A DNA stretch of 63,976 nucleotides, counting the filler, from Neolecta irregularis DAH-3 (lineage: Eukaryota), in assembly GCA_001929475.1 (NCBI GenBank). It is 21 parts of 21 records of this genome, joined end to end, with 100 filler letters (N's around TTAATTAATTAA, not from the genome) between each part and the next. Parts side by side here need not be neighbours in the genome. Positions count along the whole stretch, not along the records: positions 26,363 to 29,392 come from LXFE01001764.1; positions 29,493 to 35,268 come from LXFE01001766.1; positions 35,369 to 37,463 come from LXFE01001767.1; positions 37,564 to 41,995 come from LXFE01001769.1; 17 more parts are not named here. One strand, given 5' to 3'. Positions 28,261-41,536 of the stretch are shown one piece after another. Position 1 is the stretch's first letter; the number at the start of each line of letters is the position of its first letter. The notes under the pieces are model-generated. The model had not been told where the DNA came from and did not search any database. It saw nothing but the letters and a program-made list of their open reading frames with translations. Both the position numbers and the translations under genes were made by a program.

Positions 28261-29392
28261 TCAATCATTCTTATCAACCATCTCTGTTGATACACCCACT
28301 TTTTCCAGTTGATACCCCACTTTTTCCAGTTGATACCCCACTTTTTCAGTTGATACCCCGACTTTTTCCAGTTGATAACCCCACTTTTTCCAACTACCCT
28401 TTCCAAACCGACGGCCGTCGTTATTTCTATTCTTCTCGGCTCTAAAGGCCTTTGACAATTTAACCAGCTCGTCTTTTTGGGACTTTTTATTATAGAATTC
28501 TGACATTTGCAGGAGACTATTGTTCCAGGAGTAGGAAGGAATGGCGAGGGAGGAGTTTGGGAATACTACGAGGGAGGAAGGAAGGGCGATGGAGGAGTTT
28601 GGGAATACTACGAGAGAGTTTACGAGGGAGTTTAGCGGGGTGAATGGAAAAGGCGCGGATTGGCGGAAGAGAGTGTTTATGACGGTCTGGGGTTAACAAG
28701 GACGAGGGGCGACGTACCGAGTCTGAGAGGGGGAGATTGTGTTCCTTGAGGAGCGCGGCAGCAGCGATCAGGCGCTGGTGGAGATGGTCGTCTGGCCTGA
28801 TGACCATGAGGGAGCCGGCAATGTCTGTGGGGAGCAGGGGATCTGGATCAGCAGCAAAGGTGTATCTGCAGGATTTGGAGCGGGGGTCTAGGGAGGTGGG
28901 CGGGGGGCAGATTTTCAGCGGGGTGTCGAAGAGGGCGTCTATGTTTCCGAGGACAAGGAGACGGGGGTCGAGGAAGACTACGGGTCAGAGGGCGGGCTGG
29001 GGGGCGCACCGAGGCGGGAGAACTCGCCCTGCTGCCAGAGATTGACTTTGAGGAGGTTGCCGTCGCCAAAGGACTGGGCGCCGGAAAAGTCAGCGGGCAG
29101 GATCTGCTTGACGACTGCGCCCTCGCGGCGCAGCTGGTCGACTTGCTTGGGGTCGACGGCGTGGGTGACGAAGACGGTGACGGGGTAGCGGGAGCGGGAG
29201 GCGGGGTTCCACAGGAGGGAGTAGACGAGCAGGCGGACGGCGTGGAAGAGGGGCGCGGGGTCTGGGGCGTGCTGCAGCAGGGTGGCATAGGCGTAGGGGT
29301 TGAGGGCGGGGTAGTTTTTTGCGTTTGCGTTGAAGAGATCCTTGGGGGAGGGGTGCTGGGGGGGGACGAGGGCGGGATCGAAGAGCGAGGCG
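28261..29392 (-). CDS. Glycosyltransferase family 8 protein, 5' truncated
   Basis: YAYATLL..VRLLVYSLLW..YPVTVFVT..LRREGAVV..LLKVNLWQQGEFSRLVFLD..NIDALFD..LMVIRPD. The C-terminus has (YQLEKVG) repeats. Confidence 0.8.
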
Positions 29393-29678
29393 NNNNNNNN
29401 NNNNNNNNNNNNNNNNNNNNNNNNNNNNNNNNNNNNTTAATTAATTAANNNNNNNNNNNNNNNNNNNNNNNNNNNNNNNNNNNNNNNNNNNNGGCATGTT
29501 TCAAAACTATCAATTAGGCCACCTATTCTGCTTTTTTAGTTCGTCCTGGTCGACTAAAGAAGCATCGCATTTGACCGACAGTGCCTGTCTGGTGGGAAAA
29601 TCTTATTCGGCTTTGAAGATCCGTTCTTGCGGCCATAAGAAGCCTACTCCGCTGCTTCTTTTCTTTGCAATTTTCCTT

Positions 29679-30958
29679 ATGTATCCATTTCTTATCGCAT
29701 CACTGCTACCAATAGCTGCTGGGCATAGTTTTCTTTTTGGCACGAACGCCGCTGGTTTCGAGTTCGGCCAAGCGATTCCGGGACTCCTGGGCTCTGACTA
29801 TTTCGCACCTCTGCCAACCACGACTCAGTTTTTCGTGGACAAGGGAATGCCAATATTTAGGTATGAGGACTAATTGATTGGATTAACGCGATAGACTACC
29901 ATTCATGATGGAACGGTTCTGTCAGAATAAGTTACTTGATTGTCCTTCGCTTGAGCCCATTTATCTCAATGAAGTGAAAGAGGCTGTTAAAGACATAACC
30001 GGAAGAGGTGGGATAGTCATCCTAGACAACCATAATTAGTATCCAGCCCTTGTCAATTTTGTTTGCTAATTGGATAGTGCTCTCCATTTCAAGCAGGTGA
30101 TTGGAGAATCGGCCGTTACTATTGAAAATTTCGCAAGGTTTTGGGCTACCCTTGCGAAAGAATTCTGTGATAATCCTAATGTAATGTTTGAGATCATGAA
30201 CGATCCGCACGGTCTCAGTGAGATAAATCTCGTCTGTTTTTGCTGAAGCGGATAGGAACTGAAACCGTATTCGCTTTTAACGAAGCGGTTATGAAGGCAA
30301 TCCGCGACATAGGTTGCACAAAACAAAAGATTCTCGCAGCACATATGAGTTCATGTGTCAACGTTTGACTTACGGATAGTGAATGGCTATGGTACAGCAG
30401 GCGACTTTAATAAAGATTACTACGGAACAAAGAATAGCGTGGCTATGGTCGGACTAACAGATCCTGGGAATAATTTCAGTCTGGGTTTTCTTCCTCACAA
30501 TTTATGATTGACATCTAGCAATGCATCAGTTTTTTAATGCGGATTCTTCAGGCTCGGAAACCTGTCTCAGTCCCAAAATTGGGAGAGAGAGGCTAGAATT
30601 CGTTACTGACTGGATGGCAGAGCACGGTATGACGGGATTCCTGACAGAATTTGGCATCGGCGACAGTGATATTTGTGTAGCAGCTTTGAAGGACATGCTT
30701 GAGTATATGTTAGAGAATGAAGTATGGACCGGTGGTGCAGCCTGGGCTGCTGGTATGTTATCTTTGATCTAATGGGCTGACCTAGTAGGTCCTGCCTGGG
30801 GGGCGGACTATTATTTGAGCATGGAGCCTCCCAGTGGTAAGGCTCTGAGTCGTACTTTGGCGGTATTGGAGCCTTTTATCGCAAAGCACGGCCCTCCTGG
30901 TTCGGGTTCGGGTTCGGGTTCGGGTACCTGTAAACATCACCAGGCTCGTCGCCGTTGA
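29679..30958 (+). CDS. Secreted GH5 (subfamily 5-like) endoglucanase
   Basis: Signal peptide, GTNAAGFEFG, FRLPFMMER, ILDNHNY, FEIMNDPH, MHQFFNADSSG, GFLTEFG and WAAGPAW. Confidence 0.9.
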
Positions 30959-32156
30959 TGCTCTTTTGGTATGTGGAGGCTTTCGACTCTGGTTGAAATC
31001 CCGGTTAGATTATTGCACCATGTAGCGAGAAGTTTTCAAAATCGCGTTCTTTGCTCTACTGAATCATTGGCTATGTAAGGGTATCGTTTGGTATACCTTA
31101 TCAATACCACAGTTGGCGGGCAATAGTATTGCGGCCTTTTAATATACATGTAAAGAAGGGGAATAGTTATACCTAGCCCAAGTTCACTTGTCTTATGATA
31201 GAAATAAAACATTCCTATTTGTACTTCAGGTTCTACAGGCTGCTTTCATGATTTCAAAATATTGAATATGTCCTAGGGAAGGTTATTCAAAAGATCTTCA
31301 TTGGAGATAGCTATGAGCCTATGACGCATCTGCATTAATATGGCGTTTCTGCTGTCCTTATGGCCCTATCATACCTTGGCGCATTTTCTGAACCCAAAAT
31401 TATGGAGAGTATCAAAGAATGGGAAGAATTTTCTTAAAATCCTTTGCCGCCATTTTGTTAAATTTTCTCGATATATTCTGCCCTCATATTCATCCAGACA
31501 TAACGACACTTTACGATCCAACAGAGAAGGTGGTTTTCATTAATGGAGATAATGTACATATAATCGTCGCTTCATTCGGGCCTGATGATTATGGAATAGT
31601 TCGTGTTCAAATAAGATTTTCGTATTTGTAACGAACCCTGAATGAGCTGATAAGACGAAAACTGGAAAGCCCGCGCAACTGTTTCAACGAGCAATGCCGA
31701 CTCCCTCGCAGTATTCAGAGCATTTCTTATGAAGCAGCCGACTACCAAGAAATAGCTATACATGTATTGACCAACGTTCTAACGTATCTTCTCAAAACTT
31801 TTGTGTTTGTCTATCCTCTTCCAGATTGGATTTCGTGAGTATTCTATAGAGACCTGGTAATAGCTGTGCTCGCTAGCATTTATAGACACTCAAAAAGCTC
31901 AGTTTCTTCCAAAGTTACATACGAAATTGGCATCAAGTTTAATGATTTCTCAGTCATTACAAACCAGAAATTATGTAATAAAGGTCTGATGTGTCTTGGT
32001 TTGTTTCAGATTGTTATGTATGTTTTGAATATATCGTGTGCTGAGAGAAAAATTGAAAGACTTGTGAATTCAGGCATTGTTTGTTCGTTGCAATGAGGGA
32101 ATCCAGGTTGTTACCAAGTATGTTTTAAGTTATAGTGGGTAATGCAACATGAAGAT

Positions 32157-32190
32157 TTAGGGTTAGGGTTAACCCTAACCCTAACCCTAA
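32157..32190. repeat. Head-to-head telomeric repeats (TTAGGG)n/(CCCTAA)n
   Basis: TTAGGGTTAGGGTTAACCCTAACCCTAACCCTAA seen directly. Confidence 0.9.
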
Positions 32191-32355
32191 GTAATGTAAA
32201 GCACGTCAATAAGGATACTTTGTCATCCACATGTAACAAATGGCCGGTCAATAATAAGGCGAATGGTCGGTCAATATATAGGAGCTCTGATCCTTGTGTC
32301 ACAACCTAATTGTGCGACATGTTTATTCATATGTAACGATTCAAGAACTAGATAT

Positions 32356-32894
32356 CTACTTTAGAGGAATGAAACGTGAAGAGTGAGTAGCACCAATACC
32401 GGGTCGGCCTGACCATTAGATTTTTCCGATAACAGGACTCGTACCATGCTTCACAGGCTTATAGGAGATTGAGAACTCGGCCAGATAATGAGCGACCATC
32501 TCTGGCTTAATTTCGACCTGGTTGAAGGTTTTTCCATTGTAAATTCCAATGACGCTTCCAATCATTTCTGGGACGATGATCATATCACGCAAGTGGGTTT
32601 TCACCGTCTCTGGTTTGGATCCCGGTGCAGCTGCACTCTTGGCCTTCCGGAGTTTCTTGATCAGGCCCATTGGCTTTCTCTTGAGACCTCTCTGGAAACG
32701 CCGTCGTGCTCGGCAGTGAACGAGGGAGGTTAGTTGTTCAGCAGACATATCGAGCAGATTGTCGAGTGGAACGCCTCGATAGGAGAATTTCCTGAAGGTT
32801 CTGGATTTCTTGAGCTCGGCAGCTCGTAGCAAGTCTTGTTCACTCTGTGTTTTTAGCTAATTAAAGAAGCGACGGGTGTTTATACGTCGGCCAT
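32356..32894 (-). CDS. RPS15: 40S ribosomal protein S15 (uS19), two introns
   Basis: [27 protein letters not shown] and [21 protein letters not shown]. Confidence 0.98.
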
Positions 32895-33071
32895 GGTGTT
32901 TCGTAATGAGGTGAGATGAGCAAAGCCACGGTTTGGATCAGGTGGCAAGTCACTTTTCTGCCGCTAATTAGCCTTTTTCGAGCTAAGAGGCAGTCCGACA
33001 TCGATGCTTCTCACAAAGCAACAGTCTCTCCCCGACTTTGGAGTTAAATCGATTCTGCTATCTGATCCAAA

Positions 33072-33492
33072 ATGCGTTATCTCGCCGCTTATTTACTTCT
33101 CAGTCTGGGAGGAAACTCCAGTCCTTCTGCTGCAGACATTAAAAAGCTTCTCGCTACGGTCGGAATTGAAGCAGACGACGAAAGACTTATTTTACTGCTC
33201 AAGGAACTCAAGGACAAAGATATCAACGAGGTGCTACTCCTCATCAATCACTTTTCATTAAAAAAAATAGCTAGTCAAGCAGGGATCTGAGAAACTGGCT
33301 TCGGTTCCCTCAGGTGGTGCCTTTGCTTCTTCTAGTGCTGCACCCGCCTCAGGTGGTGCTGCTGCAAATGAAGAGAAAAAGGAGGAGAAGAAGGCTGAAG
33401 CAGAAGAGGAATCTGATGATGATGTATACATCCTTTGCCTAAATGTTTAAACTGACTTTTCTTTTAAGATGGGCTTCGGTCTTTTCGATTAG
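33072..33492 (+). CDS. RPP2: 60S acidic ribosomal protein P2, two introns
   Basis: [36 protein letters not shown]. Confidence 0.98.
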
Positions 33493-33723
33493 AGGTTTTG
33501 TTTGTACAAAGCATAGCCAGAAATACCTGCCATCCACATATGACCATGTTGTGTCATGTTGTAAATATCTTATCATAGACATTTTGATGCTGAACAAGCT
33601 CCCCTCGATCCATCGGTCTTCTTTGCATCCAGTATCTTGTAGCAATCTTTTGCCAACTTTAACTTTTGCAATTTATTCTACAATGAGCCTCATTTTCACA
33701 GAACATTGCAGTTGGGTCATGAT

Positions 33724-34327
33724 TTACACTGATACTGACATATCTTCCGCCATGGTCAGTTCTGAGATTTCGGCATTGATTTCCATCAAGATTTCGTTGA
33801 TCTTCCCGATCAATACAGTCCGTCTATATTAAATCATAATTCTTAAACACATCATACTCTTTCTCGAGACGGTCCAATTCCGCTTGCCATCCATCAAGTT
33901 TGCCCTGCTGTTGAATCTGCAACTGGACCGTCTAAAGATTAGATCTCACCTCTCTAATGGAGAGGATAACCAATTGTAGCTTTTCCCTTTCTCTCTCTTG
34001 TAATTGTCTCGTCAATGCCGCAATACTATCCTGATCCATCATTTGCAATGCATTTTCGATTCCGTTTATTCTTAACGAAACTTGATTAAACCCATCGGTC
34101 GTAATCCCAACAATCAAAGATAACTCTTCCGCCTGAATTTTTCCATCCAGATATTCTTCAAATGCGAGCTCGTATTCGTGGTAAAGCTCGGCACGCGTAG
34201 ACTGAGACTGCACAACTTGCTAAAGGGTAAAGACTTGGCAGAAAAGGTAACTGATTACTTTGAGAAGAGACAACGGACCGACAGTATTATCTTCGTTTGA
34301 CTGCAACTGATTCTGGGAGGTGACCAT
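33724..34327 (-). CDS. REX1-B (required for excision 1-B) domain protein
   Basis: QSTRAELYHEYELAFEEYL..ITTDGFNQVSLRINGIE..LTRQLQEREREKLQLTVQLQ..INEILMEI. Confidence 0.72.
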
Positions 34328-35368
34328 ACCGGTAAGAAATCTCAAGATAACAACACTATCCATATATTGCTCGGAGACTATCTTACAACTATATTTATTT
34401 CTGTTTATTTCTGTTTTATCGAGAAGAAGCGATTCTCTGTTACTAATGTCAAAGAATATAGCAACAATCGTTGAATATCACTCTGTTACCTCGTAAGATT
34501 TTACCAAAAAAGCATATTTGCGAATGGAAAGCAGTTCATGCGATTTTTTAAAAACTGAACTGTATGGATAAATACATAGTTCATCTGTGTTTCATGGAGA
34601 TAAATGGTAATTATACCGATGGTGCATTGATACAAAACTCAATTATAGTTGACCAAGCGACAAATATAGATGACCATCATACTACTACATTGTGTTTTGC
34701 CCAGTGACTCTTTCGATTACGCAGAATATCCTGTCGTTTTATTTGTTTCGCGCGAAATGTAAAATAGGTGAAACGTAAAGGGAAACAACCACCGCCACCA
34801 CACCCACTCAGAACTAACTACCTCGAAGTTTAAGTACCTTACCGATAGTCTGCAAACATTGTGATATGATCTATGTCACAGAAGGATCCGTACGACTCGC
34901 CGTTGAAGCAAGCCCATATATCTGATTTTAGCGTGTTTACAAAATTTCACTAACAATAAGAACATTTACATGGACGAAATGTCTGTTCGATTCTCAAACC
35001 CAGATTCATCTCTAAAGCAAGGAAACTCCTTCACAAGGTTTTCGATGAATGATATTGTAGACCCATTTGCTTATTTGAGAAAGTTCACAAACAATCCTTT
35101 GTATCTTTTTGGAATTAGCAATGGTAGTGAATCTTAGATCACACCTTACATAGGACTGACCCAGTTTGCTGCAGGCATTCCACCTGTTCTTTCATTCCAA
35201 TTAGTTGTTAGGGCAACCATGGTTCTTACAGCATGGGAATGGGCTCTGTTGAGTCACTTCTAAATATTNNNNNNNNNNNNNNNNNNNNNNNNNNNNNNNN
35301 NNNNNNNNNNNNTTAATTAATTAANNNNNNNNNNNNNNNNNNNNNNNNNNNNNNNNNNNNNNNNNNNN

Positions 35369-35560
35369 TAGGAATAGGGGGCTAGTCACTTAGGAAGTAA
35401 CTAAGTCTATTCAAGCTGTTGGTTAAAAGCCTGCTCTCCTAGTTGCTACTTGTAGTGAAAAGAAAAGCCTTTTTTCTCCTCCTAATTTTCTGTCTGAGAC
35501 TTTCAAGTAATTGTCCTTGAGTCAGGGGGTCTCAGATCATTTTAGCCTGCTCAATTTGAG
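35369..35560 (-). mobile_element. LTR family B, upstream portion (boundary approximate)
   Basis: The reverse complement ends AGCCCCCTATTCCTA, identical to the start of the contig at 7900. The stretch is nearly free of CpG. Confidence 0.55.
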
Positions 35561-35860
35561 TCAGTGTGGTTGAGTTATAGCTGTTTTACTTGCTGTGCCA
35601 TGTGGTGGTTGTCTGTAGTAGTTGCGCCGCAAGCCACGCAAGTCACATGACGTGTGTCTTGCCAAAAAGGCTGTGGGAACAACATTTACCCATATTGTTG
35701 ATAACTCCAGCTGTAGAAGCTTGTTTTCAACTCTGTTTGAAGATTTGGGTTTCTGTTAGGTTCCTCTAGCTTCTGGGGGTATGTTGGTGAGTTTGGTGAA
35801 AATATTGTGAGTAGCCCTTTGGGTACTTGCAGCTGCCTCTTGTCATTTCATATCAGCTCA

Positions 35861-36409
<549 letters not shown>

Positions 36410-36949
36410 AGGCGATGTTTGCAACGAGATGGACAGAGTGCAGCGGGCATGGCTGGGTGGCAGCTAGACAAGCACTGGGAGCGTGAGGACAGCAGCGAGG
36501 CGGGCAAGTAGACGAGTGTAGCGAGAATAGCAAGGAGGGAGTTTTGACGAGGGGGCGGAGGTGGTCAGGGCCTGGATGACACGATAATGCTCGCACTGCA
36601 AGGGAGCAGGAGGCAGATGGGGCTGAGGATGAAGATGCGGCAGGAGTGCAGGCAGGCGTTGATGACTGCCTTGTGCAAGAGGGCTGTCCAGGGCTGTCGG
36701 TGCTTTCCGAGGGCAGCGCCGACGGAATGCAATGGCAGCAGAAGCGCGAGATCCCAGGCGTGAGCGGGTGTCTGGAGGCCTAAGCTGGCCGCCATCGAGT
36801 AGATAGGCAGGAAATAGTCAATACTCAAAATTGACATTAATTGAATTACAATATTATGTTGAATTACATCCTTTACGTGTGGCATTAGCTTTGAGTAATG
36901 ACATCAATATCTGCAAGAGACTCGCTGAATTTACTTTGTGCCTAAAACA

Positions 36950-37338
36950 TCAGATGACTTTTAAATCCCAAATAACCCTAATCCTGTAGTACGCTATCGC
37001 GTAGGTAGTCGGGTAATCGTCATGGTCCATTGGCGTAAGGATCACACCCGATCTTTTATTAAATAGGTAGCATTTTTTGTCCTTTGCCCAGTCAGGATCA
37101 TAAAACCTTCTAACCAGAAGGAAAGAACCACACGAAGAGTCCGTGATGCAGTGTTCAGCACAGGCTTCAGCCAATTGGTTAATCGTGTCATGTTCATTGA
37201 GACGGATAATATGAGACGGTTCCAAGAGTTCGGTATCTATTTGTTGCTCGGGGATCGAATCATTAACAAATTGTCAAGAGCCGACATTGCAAAGGCAAAC
37301 TTTCCACACAAGGTGATGAACAAAAAGATCGACAACAT
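36950..37338 (-). pseudogene. Small secreted Cys-containing (PAN/apple-like) protein; signal peptide out of frame with the domain
   Basis: The MLSIFLFITLCGKFAFA signal lies in a different frame from ACAEHC..SCGSF..KCYLF. Confidence 0.4.
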
Positions 37339-38142
37339 GGTTCGCGATAAATTGAAATTAGGGCGGGCACGTCGCCCTTAAATAATATTTTACAATCCGA
37401 AAAGAGCAAATGGCTGACTCTTCTTGAAACCAAATGCTTCTGAATGCGGACATTGCAAGAAATNNNNNNNNNNNNNNNNNNNNNNNNNNNNNNNNNNNNN
37501 NNNNNNNTTAATTAATTAANNNNNNNNNNNNNNNNNNNNNNNNNNNNNNNNNNNNNNNNNNNNAGGCCTATGTGGGTCTTGTCTGCTTCGCTCTAGTTAC
37601 CGAATGAATACAAGTAGACGTCAGAGAACAATGTGTAGTACACTCCGATTTTGTATATAAATCAGAGAATGGTTTCTGTTACCAAGTGTTTATCTCTGTT
37701 TAGCCTCTATAGCAACTGAACAAGGAAATGCAAACCAATATCCAACTGTAAGCAACCAGCTTATACAAGCTGAAGAGTAGCGAATATAATTTATCAATGA
37801 AAACAAGCGTGTTTCTGTGGGTCTACGATTCGAGAGATATCAAAGGGGAATATAGTTTACTTTTCTACAACTGAGCTTGTTTTAATCACGTATGAACCAC
37901 TTGTACCTATCTACTCAATGAACCTGCACAATGCATATATATTTCCCGGCTTGTGTACGAATAATATATCAGAGTGATATTGATGACCGAGTTGAGGGGT
38001 GGTTATACTTTGCTGTATGAAATACAGAGATGCAACGAGGTATTTGAGATGGTTATTAAAGGGAGCGGAAGACTAGAATATACTTTATATGAAGAGTACA
38101 AAGATAACGGTGACCAGATAGATGGATCGAATAGTGGTCTGG

Positions 38143-38596
38143 TCACCATACGGATGGACCGAAATACCCGTTTACAGGGGGTTTATTCAACACGGCATTT
38201 TGAGCGTCTGCGGTATTTTTAGCAACTGAATTACCCCACCAAACTGGCTGTTTTATTGAAGCGGCGGTAGAAGAGGGCGGCGTGGACGGGCAGGGCGGCC
38301 ATGCTGGCAAAGGCCAGGCTGTAGCTGAGGGCAAAAAGACGTGGGCAGAAACAGCGGGCTGTACGAGCGGTAGGCGTCGGTGTCGGTGTCGGTGTCGAGG
38401 GCGAGGCCGCGGGCGAGGATGCGGGAGACGATGAAGGGCGCCTGGTGCATGGGCAGGGCCACGGGGAGCAGATACGCCGATGTTGTCGTAGGCGGAGTAT
38501 CTGGCAGCGGAAGGAGATTGAAGAGAAGAAGAAGCGTAAGGCGCGGGAGGGACGAGCCAGAACCAGAACACCGTCGCCGCGAGCACGTAACAGGGC
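38143..38596 (-). pseudogene. OPT oligopeptide transporter remnant (middle region fused to C-terminus)
   Basis: VFWFWLVPP, YDNIG, IVSRIL, AYRSYSPLFLPTSF and ALSYSLAFASMAA..HAALFY, followed directly by VWWGNSV..FGPSVW*. Confidence 0.8.
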
Positions 38597-39083
38597 NNNN
38601 NNNNNNAACTCGATCACAGTGCTACTTAAAGTGTCTTTTGTGTATCATTATTGGTGTTTGGTAAGTTCTAGATTTTTAGCCCAGACCGTGGTTGCCAGTG
38701 TTTCTATGAGTTTGTAGTATCCCGCTTTGTATCGAATAACGCCTACTATGGCTTATTGTCTTTGCAATTCCTTTATTGTTAATGTGTCGCTTGGGTTAAG
38801 AATAAGACTCTTCGGCCTACCGCCTGTCACCCAGACTCAAAATGCCTTTATGGCAGTTGTAGTATTTCCGAACTCCTGGAACATTCTGGGGAAATGACAA
38901 AAATTGTCATTTTGTGCAAAGTTTCCTGCTACACCAAGCTTGTATAAAAACACAAGTTCCGGTAGAAGGGTAAGCAGCTGTGCAATGCCATTGTATCGTG
39001 TCCGGCCAATTTCGTCACCGCCAAAGACTCAATTGCGGCGTTCCCCTGTTGTAAACCTCCCCTCATCTCCTCCATCATCGTCA

Positions 39084-41305
39084 ATGAACGCAATCAAACT
39101 CCAGGTACATCTTCAGGTAAATGCCTTGTGTTTCTAATATTCTAGAGGAAATACCCGCAGTTTAGCCAGGAGGAAATCTTTGGCTTGATCAACAGTTTTA
39201 AGTGCGTCATCGTTTCGTGCTTTCATTAGCTAATCCTACCAAGCAAATTAGACGTCGAGGAGAAAGGTTACATCGTGCAGCAAACTGCTGTAAAGTCTTT
39301 CGAATCTACAGGATCTTCATATGACGATATCAGAGCTACATTGAAGGAGTGTAATGTTGATGCGTCTGGAAGAATCGAGATTGATGATTATGTTGAGGTA
39401 TGGCCATTCCTGCCGACCGTAATATAATCCCTTACAGCTGAGCGCCAAGCTAAGGGATGGGAAATCAAAGAAATCATATCAAGTCTCTGCTCACAAAATC
39501 AAAGTTACCGGCTCCTCGGCGAACGTGTCGCATACAATCAATGAAGATGAACGAACAGAGTTTACAAGGCATATAAACTCGGCATTAGCTGGAGACAAAG
39601 ACATCGGCGAACGCTTGCCATTTCCAACCGATACAATGCAGATTTTTGATGAATGCAAGGGTATGAGTATTCCGAAGAGATTGAACTAAGGTGCAGATGG
39701 TCTTGTATTGTCCAAATTAATCAACGATGCTGTTTCCGATGTATTTTGTAGATGCAAGAGGCTTACTGATTGCTTCAGACCATCGATGATCGAGTTCTCA
39801 ACAAAGCCAAGGGAAAGCCAATTAACAGTTTTCAAATGACAGAAAACAACAATATTGTCGTCATGTCCGCCAAAGCAATTGGCTGCAGCGTCGTCAATAT
39901 TGGGTACATGAAAGTCATTTTCTTATTTCTGATCGTTCAGGGCTCAAGATATTATTGAAGGAAGGGAAATTCTTATACTTGGCCTTATCTGGCAAATCAT
40001 TCGGCGTGGACTCCTCTCAAAGATTGATATTAAAGTGCACCCGGAGCTCTATCGACTTCTTCTCGAAGATGAAACTCTGGACCAATTTCTTCGTCTTCCA
40101 CCTGAACAAATTCTTCTTCGATGGTTTAACTATCATCTTACTAGAGCAGGATGGCATCGTAAAGTCACCAATTTCAGCAAAGATGTTAGCGACGCAGAAA
40201 ACTATACTGTCCTTTTAAATCAGCTCGATTCTGCCCAGTGTTCTTTATCTCCTCTTCAAAATAGAGATATACTCAGTCGAGCAGAACAAGTTTGTTCTTG
40301 TTTATAGGATTTTAGTTCACAATGCAGGTTCTCCAAAACGCAGATTTGTTAGGCTGCCGAAAATACCTTACTCCGTCTTCTCTCGTAGCTGGAAATCCAA
40401 AACTTAATCTTGCATTTGTTGCTCATCTTTTCAACACCCACCCCTGCCTTGCCCCACTTGAAGAAAATGAGAGGCCTGTAATCGAAGATTTCGACGCAGA
40501 AGGAGAACGAGAAGCCCGTGTGTTCACGCTGTGGTTAAATTCCCTTGATGTCCAGCCCGGCGTCCATTCTCTCTTTGATGATCTAAGAGATGGAACAATT
40601 CTGCTTCAAGCCTTTGATAAAGTCCTTCCTGGTAGCGTAAACTGGAAATACGTAAACCAGCCATCTGGTAAACCTATCTACGACTCGGAAGGTGAACTCA
40701 GTCCACTCGAGATGTCACGATTCAAAGCAGTCGAAAATTCAAACTACGTCGTCTCCTTAGGAAAGCAGTATCATTTCTCACTCGTTGGAATCCAAGGCGC
40801 CGATATAACCGATGGCCAGAAGACTCTCACGCTTGCTCTTGTCTGGCAGCTCATGAGAACTAATATTGTTAAAACACTTCAAAGTCTATCTCGAGGAGGG
40901 AGAGATATTACAGATACCGATATTCTCAAATGGGCCAACGACCAAGTGAGGAAAGGCGGGAAATCTACTACAGCGAGAAGTTTCAAAGATGCTAGTTTGA
41001 AGACTGGGGTATTTTTGCTGGATTGTTTGAACGGGATTAAAAAGGGATATGTTGATTATGATCTTGTTGCTACAGGACGGAACGATGAGGAGGCGTATAA
41101 CAATGGTATCTTCTTTTGCTCTGGTCTGGCTTAAAGAAAGCGAAATTAGCGATATCGATTGCGAGAAAACTTGGTGCTGCGATTTTCTTGGTGCCTGAAG
41201 ATATCGTTCAAGTCAGATCTCGTCTGGTAAGCATCTCTTTCTTCAGGCTCTTTATTGATGACATAGATCCTCACCTTTGTCGGAAGTTTGATGGCTGTTG
41301 CATAG
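39084..41305 (+). CDS. SAC6: Fimbrin (EF-hand plus four CH domains)
   Basis: SHTINEDERTEFTRHIN, HPELYRLL..LRLPPEQILLRWFNYHL, GNPKLNLAFVAHLFN and FDAEGEREARVFTLWLNSL. Confidence 0.97.
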
Positions 41306-41536
41306 TGTATGATTCTGGGGAGCGGTGGCTCTGGGTCGGCAGTCTTTTATGCCTTCCTGATTGGCCTTGGTGTGTAATAGCTTGTGACTATATTTCATCC
41401 CGGATCGTCTTTCACTGTATGCAGCCGTGCCATGTAAAAGAAAAAGTCGAATTACCATTTTGAAGTCTCGAGGCCTATGTGGGTCTTGTCTGCTTCGCTC
41501 TAGTTACCGAATGAATACAAGTAGACGTCAGAGAAC

